DNA of 64,000 nt from Candidatus Melainabacteria bacterium 17Bon1m (GCA_032128875.1 JAVLKG010000002.1:64001-128000); one strand, 5' to 3'; counted from the stretch's first letter, positions 28,727-38,265 are shown. The notes: a model not told the origin generated them from the letters alone. Numbers and translations are program-made.

Positions 28727-29188
28727 TTATGCACGTCGCTCTTGAAGGCGCCAGCTATTGCTTCTCTCTTGAGCTTGTCTAAATGGCACCAATTCGCTAA
28801 GAGGCAAATATTCTTTGAATTCGTCGCGCAATTTGTCTCTATCGTAATGTTCCATGGTTATGTACTTGTCTGCTCCGAGTGCACGTGCAGCTATTTGCAG
28901 ACCATCTCGGACACTGCGAGCGAACGTAGATGACTGGCAGCAATAAAACACAAATGGAACGGAACTGCTCCTGGGATTACCTTTTGCGAATTTCAAGAAA
29001 TCGAAAACGCTTCCGTCATACTCTAAATGAACGGCTGAAATGATCAAATCAAAATAGCGATGTTCCAGCAATGGTATAGCTTCTTCTATTGTTCGGACGC
29101 GAACGAATGCGCATTCGGGCAAGCTAGCCCTTATGTTGGCTACGTTTTCATCCTTTTCTTGCAAAATCAAAATCTCTGGAATCATCAT
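28727..29188 (-). CDS. atypical (pseudo-)receiver domain protein
   Basis: REC-like fold ILIL..FDLIISAV..VPFVF..GADKY; phosphoacceptor Asp absent. Confidence 0.7.
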   Translation of the reverse strand: MMIPEILILQEKDENVANIRASLPECAFVRVRTIEEAIPLLEHRYFDLIISAVHLEYDGSVFDFLKFAKGNPRSSSVPFVFYCCQSSTFARSVRDGLQIAARALGADKYITMEHYDRDKLRDEFKEYLPLSELVPFRQAQERSNSWRLQERRA

Positions 29189-29224
29189 TGGTTTTTCTCC
29201 GTGCTTATTTCATGGCTCTAGGAC

Positions 29225-29277
29225 CGCGTTTTGTGAGAGCCGGTTCCTAGAGAATAGCGAGAGCGCGTTTTGTGAGA
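29225..29277. repeat. 14-bp direct repeat upstream of the pseudo-receiver gene
   Basis: CGCGTTTTGTGAGA at 29225..29238 and 29264..29277. Confidence 0.8.
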
Positions 29278-29363
29278 ATTTTGAAAAGGCGTAGAAGGGG
29301 CTTGGGCAGTCAATTGATGGGTTGCTTAATTTTGATTTGCTCAATAAATAGGTAAAGTTGCAC

Positions 29364-30329
29364 TTAAAAACCGGGAACAACTGGCGAAACAATCACCAGT
29401 TTTCCTTTTGGTATGCCTGTAGTCTCGAGTTCGGTGATGGCTGATATGGCCTCAGACAATGGTGCTATGCGGCCAATCGCTGGTGTTAACTTTCCGCGCT
29501 CTATCGCTTCTGTGATTCCGGCGAAAGTTTCTGGCGTCGGATGACCAAATACCACGTTATGTTTTGCGGAGACCATGCTCCGAATCATCTTCAAAGCCGT
29601 TGGAACAATGTGCAGCGCCATGCCGCTATGTGTGAGCATCTCGTCGCACTGGCGTAAAGACAAGGCTCCATGCGCATCGAAGACAACATCGAAGAGACCT
29701 CGATATTTGTCGGCGTTGAAATTACGATAATCAATGACTTCTGTAATGCCCAAAGCCAGCGCTTCTTCGCGCCGGGACTCATTGCAGCTGCCCGTTATCG
29801 TCGCGCCACGCATTACTGCGATTTGTGCAGCTATACGCCCAACCCCGCCAAGACAGCCTGTGATCAACACGCGCTGCCCAGCTTGCAGATTTGCCTTGTC
29901 GATTAAAGCGTTCCACGCAGTAACACTTACAACGGGCAGAGAAGCGGCCTCTTCGAAGGTTAGTGACTTCGGCTTGGCGTAAACTGTTTTAGTTTCTGTG
30001 ATCACTGCCTCGGCGAATGCGCCCGACTGCTTCAATCCGGTAGCGCCGAACACCTCGTCTCCAACCTTGAAGCTTGTTACGTTTGGACCCACGACATCTA
30101 CGACCCCGGCAAAATCAAGACCAACTCCGCGAGGAAACCGTCGACCAGTGAGCAACTTCATTTCGCCTTTCCGTAGCTTCCAGTCCACAGGGTTTGCAGC
30201 GGCCGCTTTGACTCGAATTCGAATTTGACCAGACGCGGGTTCCGGTAGTGAAACCTCCTCCAGACGAAGTTCCTCTGGTCCACCGTAACGATGGTATTGG
30301 ATACGCTTTATGATGATTTTGTCTGGCAT
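29364..30329 (-). CDS. NADP-dependent MDR/quinone oxidoreductase
   Basis: YGGPE, ANPVDWK, GLDFAG, GCLGGVG, GKLVI. Confidence 0.9.
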   Translation of the reverse strand: MPDKIIIKRIQYHRYGGPEELRLEEVSLPEPASGQIRIRVKAAAANPVDWKLRKGEMKLLTGRRFPRGVGLDFAGVVDVVGPNVTSFKVGDEVFGATGLKQSGAFAEAVITETKTVYAKPKSLTFEEAASLPVVSVTAWNALIDKANLQAGQRVLITGCLGGVGRIAAQIAVMRGATITGSCNESRREEALALGITEVIDYRNFNADKYRGLFDVVFDAHGALSLRQCDEMLTHSGMALHIVPTALKMIRSMVSAKHNVVFGHPTPETFAGITEAIERGKLTPAIGRIAPLSEAISAITELETTGIPKGKLVIVSPVVPGF

Positions 30330-30411
30330 GTTTGGTGTGTTCCGAGAGATGGATTGCGCTAAGGCCGGCGTGTCACGATGATCTCACCTGAGTCAAATTC
30401 AGAGCTAATTG

Positions 30412-30855
30412 TCAGTGTTGGTTATCTAAGTGCACATTGGAAATCAGATGAGAGTCATTCCTCTCGTTGTCATAATTCTGCCGCGAAGTTTCAATCGCGC
30501 TCCACTCACTTTGAATCCACGAAACAAGTCCTTCAACATGTTTCAACATTCGACTGCCACGATCACTGAGGGTGTATTCAACACGAGGAGGAATCTCGGC
30601 GTACTGTTTCCGAATTAGAATGCCATCGCGCTCCAGGTGACGAAGTGTGTTTGTTAGCACCCGTTGAGATATTCCAGACACTGCTCTAATCAGTTCTGAA
30701 AAACGAAGCGTTTGATTTGGATGTTTTGCCAAAGTGACAAGCACATAGAGGCTCCATTTATCGCCTAAATGTCCAAGCGTGTCCTTTATGGGGCAGCGTG
30801 TGGCTGCAGCTTCCCACGGCAAAGACGCTAACTCTCTGTCATCGTTCTTTTGCAT
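30412..30855 (-). CDS. HxlR-family winged-helix regulator
   Basis: CPI..LGDKWS..RFSEL..ISQRVL..LERDG..PPRVEYTL. Confidence 0.92.
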   Translation of the reverse strand: MQKNDDRELASLPWEAAATRCPIKDTLGHLGDKWSLYVLVTLAKHPNQTLRFSELIRAVSGISQRVLTNTLRHLERDGILIRKQYAEIPPRVEYTLSDRGSRMLKHVEGLVSWIQSEWSAIETSRQNYDNERNDSHLISNVHLDNQH

Positions 30856-30956
30856 ATGCTTACCTGTGAGTAACTTGCTGAACAATACATGCGTACTTGT
30901 TTTGTCGCTTGCGGTTCCTGATAATCGACCCACAATCATTACGCTGGAAAGTTAAG

Positions 30957-31391
30957 ATGCAAAATGGCAGACAAAACCCAAAGACGCCTCAGCGAATGGC
31001 TCGCCAAATCTCACTTTTGGTTGTCCAAGTTGTGATTTGTGGTTTGTTTTTAATTGCAGGAATTATGAAACTGACAATGCCTGTGAGTGAAATCTCAAAA
31101 ATTTTCCCATGGACAGGTCAGGTCCCTGAAGTCTTTCTGCGCTCGATTGCTCTAGTCGACATTGCCGGCGGGGTTGGGATTTTGTTACCATCGCTCACCA
31201 AAATTTATCCCAAACTGACAGTAGTGGCTGCAATGGGATGCGTGTTATTGCAGGTTGCGGCAATATTTTTTCACGCAATGAGAAACGAATTGAGTTCGAC
31301 GCCGTTCAACTTCGTGCTCTTAGGTCTTTGTGTTTTTGTCATAAGGGGAAGGTTCAGCACCCTTTACGGCAAAACCAACAGTGACTGGTAG
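30957..31391 (+). CDS. DoxX-family membrane protein
   Basis: AGIMKL, GGVGILLP, AIFFH; 4 TM; divergent from HxlR. Confidence 0.85.
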   Translation: MQNGRQNPKTPQRMARQISLLVVQVVICGLFLIAGIMKLTMPVSEISKIFPWTGQVPEVFLRSIALVDIAGGVGILLPSLTKIYPKLTVVAAMGCVLLQVAAIFFHAMRNELSSTPFNFVLLGLCVFVIRGRFSTLYGKTNSDW

Positions 31392-31407
31392 CAAATGCCT
31401 CCTCCTT

Positions 31408-32280
31408 CTAAACAATTGTCGGCAATTTCATTTTGGCCTTAGCTGGATCATCGAAGGCTGTGGTTACCGAGAGATCTTTCATCTCGTGATAGCTGTCCAG
31501 GTCTGCCTTAAGCTTGGTGGTGATGGATTCGTATGCATCGGTTCCGAGTGCCAACTTTGTAATAGGAGCATCGGACTCCACGGCATGAATCATAGCTTTG
31601 GCAGCCTTTTGGGGATCTCCAAAGTCAGTTGTTTCAAACATTTGCATCAATGTGGAATAAACAGGCATGTACGTTTCAGACAGATCACCTCGGTTAAGGT
31701 TACTGCCGAATTCGGTCAAAAACGCGCCGGGCTCAACCACGATGACTTTGATACCAAAGGGCGCTACTTCCTGTGTGAGCGCTTCGGATAACCCTTCCAC
31801 GGCAAACTTAGTGCTGGAATAAATGCCGATTGCAGGATACGCGAGCCGTCCCACTGTCGAGCCGATATTTAGAATATAGCCAGCACCTTGCTTTCGCAAA
31901 ATTGGGAGGACAGCCCTGGTTACACGTAATAAGCCAAATACATTAGTATCAAATTGCGTGCGTATCAGTTCTTCGCTTGCATCTTCAATAGTGGCAAGTG
32001 AACCTAAGCCAGCGTTGTTGACCACCACATCAATCTTGCCGAAGGCCGCAAGCCCGCTTTGAATTGCAGCGGTGATGCTGTCTGCATCAGTTACGTCAAG
32101 GCGCGCTGCATGAGCCTGACTTGGATATTTCTCTTGAAGGTCTTTTACTTTTTCAATATTACGGGCGGTGGCGATGATTTTTCCGCCAGCGGCGATGACT
32201 TCTTCAGCCAAACTACGACCGAGTCCGGTGGAAGCTCCTGTGATAAACCACACCTTGTTTGTTTTGCCAATCAAATCCAT
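31408..32280 (-). CDS. short-chain dehydrogenase/reductase
   Basis: TGASTGLG, NNAG, YSSTK, EPG. Confidence 0.95.
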   Translation of the reverse strand: MDLIGKTNKVWFITGASTGLGRSLAEEVIAAGGKIIATARNIEKVKDLQEKYPSQAHAARLDVTDADSITAAIQSGLAAFGKIDVVVNNAGLGSLATIEDASEELIRTQFDTNVFGLLRVTRAVLPILRKQGAGYILNIGSTVGRLAYPAIGIYSSTKFAVEGLSEALTQEVAPFGIKVIVVEPGAFLTEFGSNLNRGDLSETYMPVYSTLMQMFETTDFGDPQKAAKAMIHAVESDAPITKLALGTDAYESITTKLKADLDSYHEMKDLSVTTAFDDPAKAKMKLPTIV

Positions 32281-32313
32281 TTTAGTAGCACCTCTTTCGC
32301 TCAGCCATCAGAG

Positions 32314-32333
32314 TAGATTGAACGTTCATTCTA
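32314..32333. promoter_or_regulatory. probable TetR operator upstream of the SDR gene
   Basis: near-perfect palindrome TAGATTGAACGTTCATTCTA. Confidence 0.7.
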
Positions 32334-32371
32334 GTCAAGTGTGCGATGAAAAGAGGTTTGTGCATAAACGC

Positions 32372-32944
32372 TTAGTTTTGTTCTACAACTGATTCGTAGC
32401 AGATTGCGGCAACTTGTTGCAAAACATTTCTGGGGTATTCGTTTGGATGTTTTGCTATTCGCCCTGCTACTCCAACAGTAAGCTCTGCAAGAATCTCAAA
32501 CGGCAGTTCCTTCAGAAATCCGCCCTCTTTCTTACTCTTAAAAAAGTTCGCCAAGAGAAGATAATTTGGGTCTTCCATCATTGTGCTTGGCTTATTATCC
32601 TGGCTATAGCAAGGTAAGTTTTCATATTGGCTTAAAAACTTGGTTTCATTCGGGTGACTGCGGTAAAAGTCGTAGGCATTTTGCCAGACTTGCAAAAAAG
32701 CCTCACGAGTAGGCATGTTGCTATCTATGTGCACTGCCAGTGAATTGAGCATGCGAGCCTTTATTGAATAATAAAGCTGGATGAGGATTTCATCTTTACT
32801 CGGGAAATAATGGTAAATGATGCCAGGGCTTGCGCCGGAACGTTTGGAAAGTTGTGACATAGGAGCATCATTGATACCGCGCTCCACGACGAGTTCAAGC
32901 ATCGCTTGTAGTATTGCTTCTTTACGATCTGATTTGACAATCAT
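32372..32944 (-). CDS. TetR/AcrR-family regulator
   Basis: RKEAILQA..G..SPGIIYHYFPSKDE; ORF extends to 33016. Confidence 0.92.
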   Translation of the reverse strand: MIVKSDRKEAILQAMLELVVERGINDAPMSQLSKRSGASPGIIYHYFPSKDEILIQLYYSIKARMLNSLAVHIDSNMPTREAFLQVWQNAYDFYRSHPNETKFLSQYENLPCYSQDNKPSTMMEDPNYLLLANFFKSKKEGGFLKELPFEILAELTVGVAGRIAKHPNEYPRNVLQQVAAICYESVVEQN

Positions 32945-33091
32945 GGCAACAACAATAACACGAAGGCTTTTGCTTGAGAATGCTCGCAGTGTATGTCCTA
33001 ACGCCATGGTAAGCACGGATCAGAAAGTGCGCAGTCACTGCTTCGGAGTTATGCTTGTCTGTGGCTGAAATTCTTCTAGGCGGGAACTTGA

Positions 33092-33715
33092 ATGGAAACT
33101 ATTTACGATCCAAAAAATACCGCCCTCCTGTGCGTTGATCTGTACAACGACTTTATAAGTGAGGGCGGCAAGCTCTATCCTTCGGTGAAGGAGATTGCAC
33201 TGGAATTGAACATGCATGAAAACTTGCGCTCAATTGTGAAAGCTGCACGCGACAAGGGCATTATGATTTTTCATGTTCCTCATCATCGTTTTGAACCTGG
33301 AGATCTCGACAATTGGCAATATGCTACGCCATATCAGCTGAGTGCGCAGGAAAAGCTCGTCTTTCAAAAAGACACTTGGGGTGGGACTTTCCATGACGAT
33401 TTTCCTGTGCTTCCTGGAGATGTACTCGCCACTGAACATTGGGGCTCGAGTGGGTTTCCTAACACGAACCTAGAACATCAATTGAGGCGCCATGGAAAGG
33501 AGAAGCTTATTTTCATTGGGCTCTTGGCGAATACCTGTGTGGAAGCAACGGCGCGAATTGGTATGGAATTAGGATTTCACATAACTCTTGTGCGTGACGC
33601 TACTGCCGCACGCTCCCACGAGGCACTCAGAGCAGCTTTGGATATTAATGGTCCGACTTTCGCGCACGAGATTCTGACGACAGCAGAACTCTTGGCTGCG
33701 TTAAACAAGGTCTGA
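33092..33715 (+). CDS. isochorismatase-family cysteine hydrolase
   Basis: ALLCVDLYNDF, GLLANTCVEATAR, VRDA. Confidence 0.9.
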   Translation: METIYDPKNTALLCVDLYNDFISEGGKLYPSVKEIALELNMHENLRSIVKAARDKGIMIFHVPHHRFEPGDLDNWQYATPYQLSAQEKLVFQKDTWGGTFHDDFPVLPGDVLATEHWGSSGFPNTNLEHQLRRHGKEKLIFIGLLANTCVEATARIGMELGFHITLVRDATAARSHEALRAALDINGPTFAHEILTTAELLAALNKV

Positions 33716-33724
33716 TATTGAACC

Positions 33725-34549
33725 GTGGATAGTCTGACTGTAAATTCCAACGGCGTAAATTTGTCCGTGCATGTTGATGGCGCGGGACCGACGATTATGC
33801 TTTTGCATGGATTTCCTGATACTCACCAGCTGTGGGGCAAGGTGGCACCGCAATTGGTGGCGTCTGGATTTAGAGTTGTTATGTTCGATCAGCGTGGTTA
33901 TGGCGAGTCAGATGCTCCAGCCCTTGTAGGTGCGTACACGATCGATCAGATTGCTGCTGATGCGATTGCAGTTTTGAAAGCACTCGGTATCACCGAGAAG
34001 GTGAAACTCGTTGGTCACGACTGGGGCGCGTTTATAGGTTGGTTTCTTTGCTTGTCTAGCCCCGAGTTGTTCGACGCGTTTGTAGCCGTTTCTGTTGGGC
34101 ACCCACTTGCGTATCGGCATGCGGGACCCGCTCAGTGGCTGAAGGGCTGGTACATAATTATGTTTCAAATTCCTGGTCTGGCTGAGTGGTTATTCTCGGC
34201 TGGCAACTTTCGCGCAATCCGAAACTTATCTGAAGAACCCGAAACGCAGGCAAGTCGATACGATGCGTTCTCTCGTAAAGGCAGACTGACCGCTGCACTT
34301 AATTGGTATCGCGCCAATTTTTCAACCCTCGGCACTCGTGCTTTCGGAGCTTGTACCGTTCCAACGTTAGGCGTCTATTCTGCGGGAGACGTTGCGCTCA
34401 CTGAAAAACAAATGGTCGATTCAGCGAAGTATATGAAAGCGTCTTGGAAGTATGTGCGGATAGAAAACTCGACTCACTGGATTCCGCTTGACCAACCAGA
34501 CATACTTGGTAAAGCGATTATCGAATGGTTCCGCGGAGATTCGACGTAA
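33725..34549 (+). CDS. alpha/beta hydrolase (epoxide hydrolase-like)
   Basis: HGFP, DQRGYG, GHDWG, ALNWYRA, THW. Confidence 0.92.
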   Translation: MDSLTVNSNGVNLSVHVDGAGPTIMLLHGFPDTHQLWGKVAPQLVASGFRVVMFDQRGYGESDAPALVGAYTIDQIAADAIAVLKALGITEKVKLVGHDWGAFIGWFLCLSSPELFDAFVAVSVGHPLAYRHAGPAQWLKGWYIIMFQIPGLAEWLFSAGNFRAIRNLSEEPETQASRYDAFSRKGRLTAALNWYRANFSTLGTRAFGACTVPTLGVYSAGDVALTEKQMVDSAKYMKASWKYVRIENSTHWIPLDQPDILGKAIIEWFRGDST

Positions 34550-34607
34550 CCTGGTTTGACTCGACTCGCCACTGTTAGATCTGCTGCTTATCCTTGAGTT
34601 GACACTA

Positions 34608-34880
34608 TCAATACAAAATTCGCAGTGTTTTTTTCAGTCTATGCCGAATGCGTCTTTGCACGTAATCGTCTTTCCTAGCAGCTTTCAGTACCTTCGCAGG
34701 AAATGGAATAGTCGCATCTACTAGACCGGAGGACAAAGTCAGATTGTGCACCATTGAGTTGGCGCTCTTTTCGGCAGTCCACCTGGTTGTGAGCGTCCGA
34801 CCTTCGGATTCCGGAAACAGCGTGAATGCTTCTGTTTCAATCCAATGCTTGCCAGTAGTGATGAGGCGCCAACTCAACAT
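34608..34880 (-). CDS. hypothetical protein
   Basis: 90-aa ORF 6 nt downstream of 34887..35180. Confidence 0.5.
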   Translation of the reverse strand: MLSWRLITTGKHWIETEAFTLFPESEGRTLTTRWTAEKSANSMVHNLTLSSGLVDATIPFPAKVLKAARKDDYVQRRIRHRLKKTLRILY

Positions 34881-34886
34881 TTCGCC

Positions 34887-35180
34887 TCACTGAGCTAACT
34901 CAAGTACTTTTCGCAAGGTTTCTGTCACCTTTTCCATGAGGGATTCCCTAATGTTGGCATTAGCCGGCAACTGGACAAGCTCAGAAGCATTCAAATGAAT
35001 GCGCTCGCTAATTGCTCCAAAGAACACGAATGCTACATAACGTGTGACTGATCCTTCGTATTCGCAAGCCCAATTGATCACTGGCTGTCGTAGCCCCAGC
35101 TCCTGGCTGCACTGTTTCAGTAAGCACTCAAACTGTTGCTTGCCGATATCTATCTCGTTTGCTGCTAATTCTCTTTTCAT
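34887..35180 (-). CDS. hypothetical protein (resembles 37674..38066)
   Basis: 97-aa ORF; L.L....NW..Y..V..G..ASEL pattern shared with 37674..38066. Confidence 0.6.
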   Translation of the reverse strand: MKRELAANEIDIGKQQFECLLKQCSQELGLRQPVINWACEYEGSVTRYVAFVFFGAISERIHLNASELVQLPANANIRESLMEKVTETLRKVLELAQ

Positions 35181-35219
35181 TGAATATTTGGCATATTTGG
35201 GTCTCTATTGTTATAGTAT

Positions 35220-35243
35220 TTACGAATATGCGTAATTGTGCAA
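35220..35243. promoter_or_regulatory. octamer array 1 (putative operator)
   Basis: TTACGAAT-ATGCGTAA-TTGTGCAA. Confidence 0.65.
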
Positions 35244-35325
35244 CTGTTTTGCCGATTAAAGTTTTCAGCATATATAAGGTTGTTTTTCTCCTTGGGATTT
35301 CAAACCCACAAAGGGATATTGGCAC

Positions 35326-36087
35326 GTGCAGAAAGAAGCATCAGATTCTCGAATTAGAAATCAGAGCTGGCAGACTGCAACTAGCACAGATGCAGTCATG
35401 ATCACGTTTCAGCAAACAATGTTGCAGATGACTAGTAACTTTCTGCAGACACAGCAAAAGGTTATGTTGGCTTATTTGCAAGGAAAATCCGTGCACCCAT
35501 CACAACATGCGCAATGGCTGCCCATGCCTTTGCAGCAACCCTCTGTGCCGTTGCAGAAGCCAGACATGCCGTTGCATCCGATTCAGCCCGCGATGGAATT
35601 TAGATTGCCGGGTGCTGTCCAGGCTAACCTTGAAGAGACTGCAACCGCTAGCGTTGCGCGCGAGACTGCAACCGCTAGCGCTGCGCGCGAGACTGTCAAT
35701 CCAGGCAGTTCTGATCCAGAGAATGGCAACACTCCATCGTTTGCAAACACTAATGTGGTGAGTGATGCTCCGACCCCTCGAGTGAGAACTACCGACGAAT
35801 TGATTGCTATGTTCATTGAGCTAGTTAGTGAACGGACCGGTTATCCCCCTGAAATGCTTGATCCCGCATTAGATTTAGAGTCTGACTTAGGTATCGATTC
35901 AATTAAAAGAGTGGAGATATTCAGCAATTTCAAACGTGCATTGCCCGAAGGAATGCAAGAAGCTCTGGAAGGCGATCTTGAAGAATTGGGTGGACTGCGA
36001 ACGCTAGAAGCAATCTCAGACTGGATTCGAAAACTCCCAATGGCGGCGCAGGCTGAAGTGACTAATTACGCCAGTGATGGTGCGTAA
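35326..36087 (+). CDS. stand-alone PfaA/HglE-type acyl carrier protein with PKS linker
   Basis: VSERTGYPPEML..DLESDLGIDSIKRVEI (Ppant Ser); FLQTQQKVMLAYL linker; start may be ATG 35398. Confidence 0.8.
   Translation: MQKEASDSRIRNQSWQTATSTDAVMITFQQTMLQMTSNFLQTQQKVMLAYLQGKSVHPSQHAQWLPMPLQQPSVPLQKPDMPLHPIQPAMEFRLPGAVQANLEETATASVARETATASAARETVNPGSSDPENGNTPSFANTNVVSDAPTPRVRTTDELIAMFIELVSERTGYPPEMLDPALDLESDLGIDSIKRVEIFSNFKRALPEGMQEALEGDLEELGGLRTLEAISDWIRKLPMAAQAEVTNYASDGA
35635..35695 (+). repeat. 27-bp in-frame tandem repeat (ETATASxAR, about 2.3 copies)
   Basis: GAGACTGCAACCGCTAGCGYTGCGCGC x2 + GAGACTG. Confidence 0.9.
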
Positions 36088-36186
36088 ATAATACGCACCA
36101 CCACAGCTTGCTACTTCCGTCTCAACCACTAGATAACAATGGTGATTGAGGGAGCGCACAATCGAAAATGCGATGCGAGCTTGATT

Positions 36187-36495
36187 TCACACATTTGGAA
36201 ATTTCAAGAGTCTCGCGAAAAAAGACAATCCTTGTTTTTCTTGTCGTGGCTCCGATTGGTTAATAGTGATGTTTCGTCCGTTTACTTCGGAACCTTCCAA
36301 CTGTTTGATCGCTCTTAGAGCCTCTGTCCTTGTAGACATTTCAACAAACGCAAATCCCTTCTTTCTTCCGGTCGAAGGATCGCATACCAGCTCAACTTCA
36401 AGAACGGAGCCAGCTTCCGAAAACAATAATTGAAGAGATGCTTCCTCTGTTTCCAGCGAAAGATTTCCAATGAGAAGTCTTCTGCTCATTTTCAA
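36187..36495 (-). CDS. RRM RNA-binding protein (second copy)
   Basis: LLIGNL, KGFAFVEM; C-terminal amphipathic tail LSFFARLLKF; start may be 36489. Confidence 0.92.
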   Translation of the reverse strand: MKMSRRLLIGNLSLETEEASLQLLFSEAGSVLEVELVCDPSTGRKKGFAFVEMSTRTEALRAIKQLEGSEVNGRNITINQSEPRQEKQGLSFFARLLKFPNV

Positions 36496-36622
36496 AATTC
36501 CGTAAATGGTTTTAGTCTCCTCGGTTCCAGATCGTTAGCAATCAAATCGAATGCTTCAAAACTGAAAACGAGACAAAGCACTTCTCGGAAAGGTGACTCT
36601 CCGAAATTCGCCTATTTGTTAA

Positions 36623-36654
36623 TTACGCACTTGCGCACTTGCGTAATTGCTTAA
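36623..36654. promoter_or_regulatory. octamer array 2 (putative operator)
   Basis: TTACGCAC-TTGCGCAC-TTGCGTAA-TTGCTTAA. Confidence 0.7.
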
Positions 36655-36752
36655 CAATATTATCACACGGGCGGCACTGCTCGTCAATGGAGCATAGTCG
36701 TCAGAAAGGAGGCTTTCCGACAACCTGAGCAGGCTATGTGCGAAATGTAGAT

Positions 36753-37079
36753 TTAGAGTGCTTCCAGCATGTCTTTTATGTCGACAAGATGGTTGTTGAA
36801 GACAGCTTTGGCAGCGTCGAGAAGCGTGAATATAGCCGTATCTCGGCATGAATAGTAAATGTTACTGCCTTGTTTGCGTCCAGCGATAATGCTCTTAGAC
36901 CTAAGCACGGCCAACTGTTGAGAGATATTTGTGGGCTCAACTCCTAGCCTCAGTCTTAGTTCTGTAACAGTCTTCTCTCCATCTCGAAGTTCGTCCAAAA
37001 TGCGGATTCTTAGCGGACTTGCTAACGCCTTGAAGAACTCAGCCTTGAATTTTACGAGTTGTTCGGTTTGGTCTGTCAT
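36753..37079 (-). CDS. ArsR/SmtB-family transcriptional regulator
   Basis: FKAEFFKALASPLRIRIL..GEKTVTEL..ISQQLAVLR..G..IYYS. Confidence 0.93.
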   Translation of the reverse strand: MTDQTEQLVKFKAEFFKALASPLRIRILDELRDGEKTVTELRLRLGVEPTNISQQLAVLRSKSIIAGRKQGSNIYYSCRDTAIFTLLDAAKAVFNNHLVDIKDMLEAL

Positions 37080-37203
37080 CTTGCCAATTCAGTAAATGTT
37101 GAAGTGCGTACTTTCTCAATTGTGGGCGCAAGGGCCTTTCCAGTCAATATTTTCGCACTTCTAGCAGGTTTGTTCTTTTCGACTTTGTAAGGTACAATAA
37201 CAT

Positions 37204-37243
37204 ATACGCATTTGCGTAATCATGCATATGCGAAATTGCTTAA
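37204..37243. promoter_or_regulatory. octamer array 3 (putative ArsR autoregulatory operator)
   Basis: ATACGCAT-TTGCGTAA-TCATGCAT-ATGCGAAA-TTGCTTAA in the divergent promoter. Confidence 0.7.
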
Positions 37244-37335
37244 TGTACCAATCGGTACTAAGTTTGCAATTTCTCAAAAGTTGCAAAAGGCATTCGTGTC
37301 CAGTGCCAGGCTCAACATAAAAGGGTGATGCGAAG

Positions 37336-37677
37336 TTGACGAACGACATACTAGATGTCTTGCTCAAACAAGCACAATTGGTGAATCTTCTGGCGGAACA
37401 GGAGCCTGTGAATGTGGCTGATTTGCCTGAAGAACATCTTGCTGGTCTAAAGGTTCTGGAAAATCTAGGACTTGTTTATCGCCGAAACAGTCGCGGTTGT
37501 TCACTACAAAAACAAAGGCTGGCGAAGCTCCTCGAACGCGAGTCCAGGTATGTTCCTTCTTTGAAGTGCGAAATGTGCTTGTCGACTTTTTCGCGGGTTT
37601 TGCAATTGAATATAACCCCACAAAGATCTAATTCAGAAAGTACAGACTCGTCAGTCCTGAATGCACACCGCTCTTGA
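37336..37677 (+). CDS. hypothetical protein (possible winged helix + CxxC)
   Basis: 113 aa; LKVLENLGLVYR, CEMC. Confidence 0.5.
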   Translation: MTNDILDVLLKQAQLVNLLAEQEPVNVADLPEEHLAGLKVLENLGLVYRRNSRGCSLQKQRLAKLLERESRYVPSLKCEMCLSTFSRVLQLNITPQRSNSESTDSSVLNAHRS

Positions 37678-38066
37678 TGTTTTCCATTAAGGAGAATGAA
37701 ACTGCAATAATGGGATTCCAAATTACTGAAAAGAACAATCGAAACGAAGCAATGACTTGGATCGATAGCGCTCTTGCCAGTATTGCTGAAGTTCTTTCAC
37801 TAGAGATCGTCAGTGCTAACTGGGATATCGCCGGCACTGCCAATGGTGGCACTTCATATCAGCTAGTAATTGTCGGTCACGGCGGCAAACGAGCTGTCAA
37901 ACTATTTTCTGCAGCAGAGTTGGATCGCTGTTTGGAAGATACTGAATTGCAAGCTGATCTAAAAGCTCGACTGACTCCTCTAGTCATTTTTACAGGAAGC
38001 AAGGTTCATCCAAAAGCCACGAGAAGGACAACAGCAACTCGTAAAAAGCGCTTGGAATTGGAATAG
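37674..38066 (+). CDS. hypothetical protein (resembles 34887..35180)
   Basis: ORF; AAGGAG upstream of internal ATGs. Confidence 0.6.
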   Translation: MMFSIKENETAIMGFQITEKNNRNEAMTWIDSALASIAEVLSLEIVSANWDIAGTANGGTSYQLVIVGHGGKRAVKLFSAAELDRCLEDTELQADLKARLTPLVIFTGSKVHPKATRRTTATRKKRLELE

Positions 38067-38265
38067 AAGCAAAAGGATTTGAACCTTTTGTTTGGACGTT
38101 GGGTTCCAATCGGATCTGACAAGTGTTTTGCTTGTGTCGTTATCCACAAGTCAAACCACCAAATAGCGAGGGGAGGCGTCCTCGCTGTTTTGGTGGAGTG
38201 TGGGAAAAAGGGGTATTTCCGATGATCGTTGGTGGTGCTTCGGATTATATGCTTAATACAATGAA

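Noticed and set aside
34543-34580. TAAC...GTTAGAT after a stop codon, suggestive of an integron attC
   Set aside because: Too short, no internal L-box symmetry, no repeats elsewhere and no integrase
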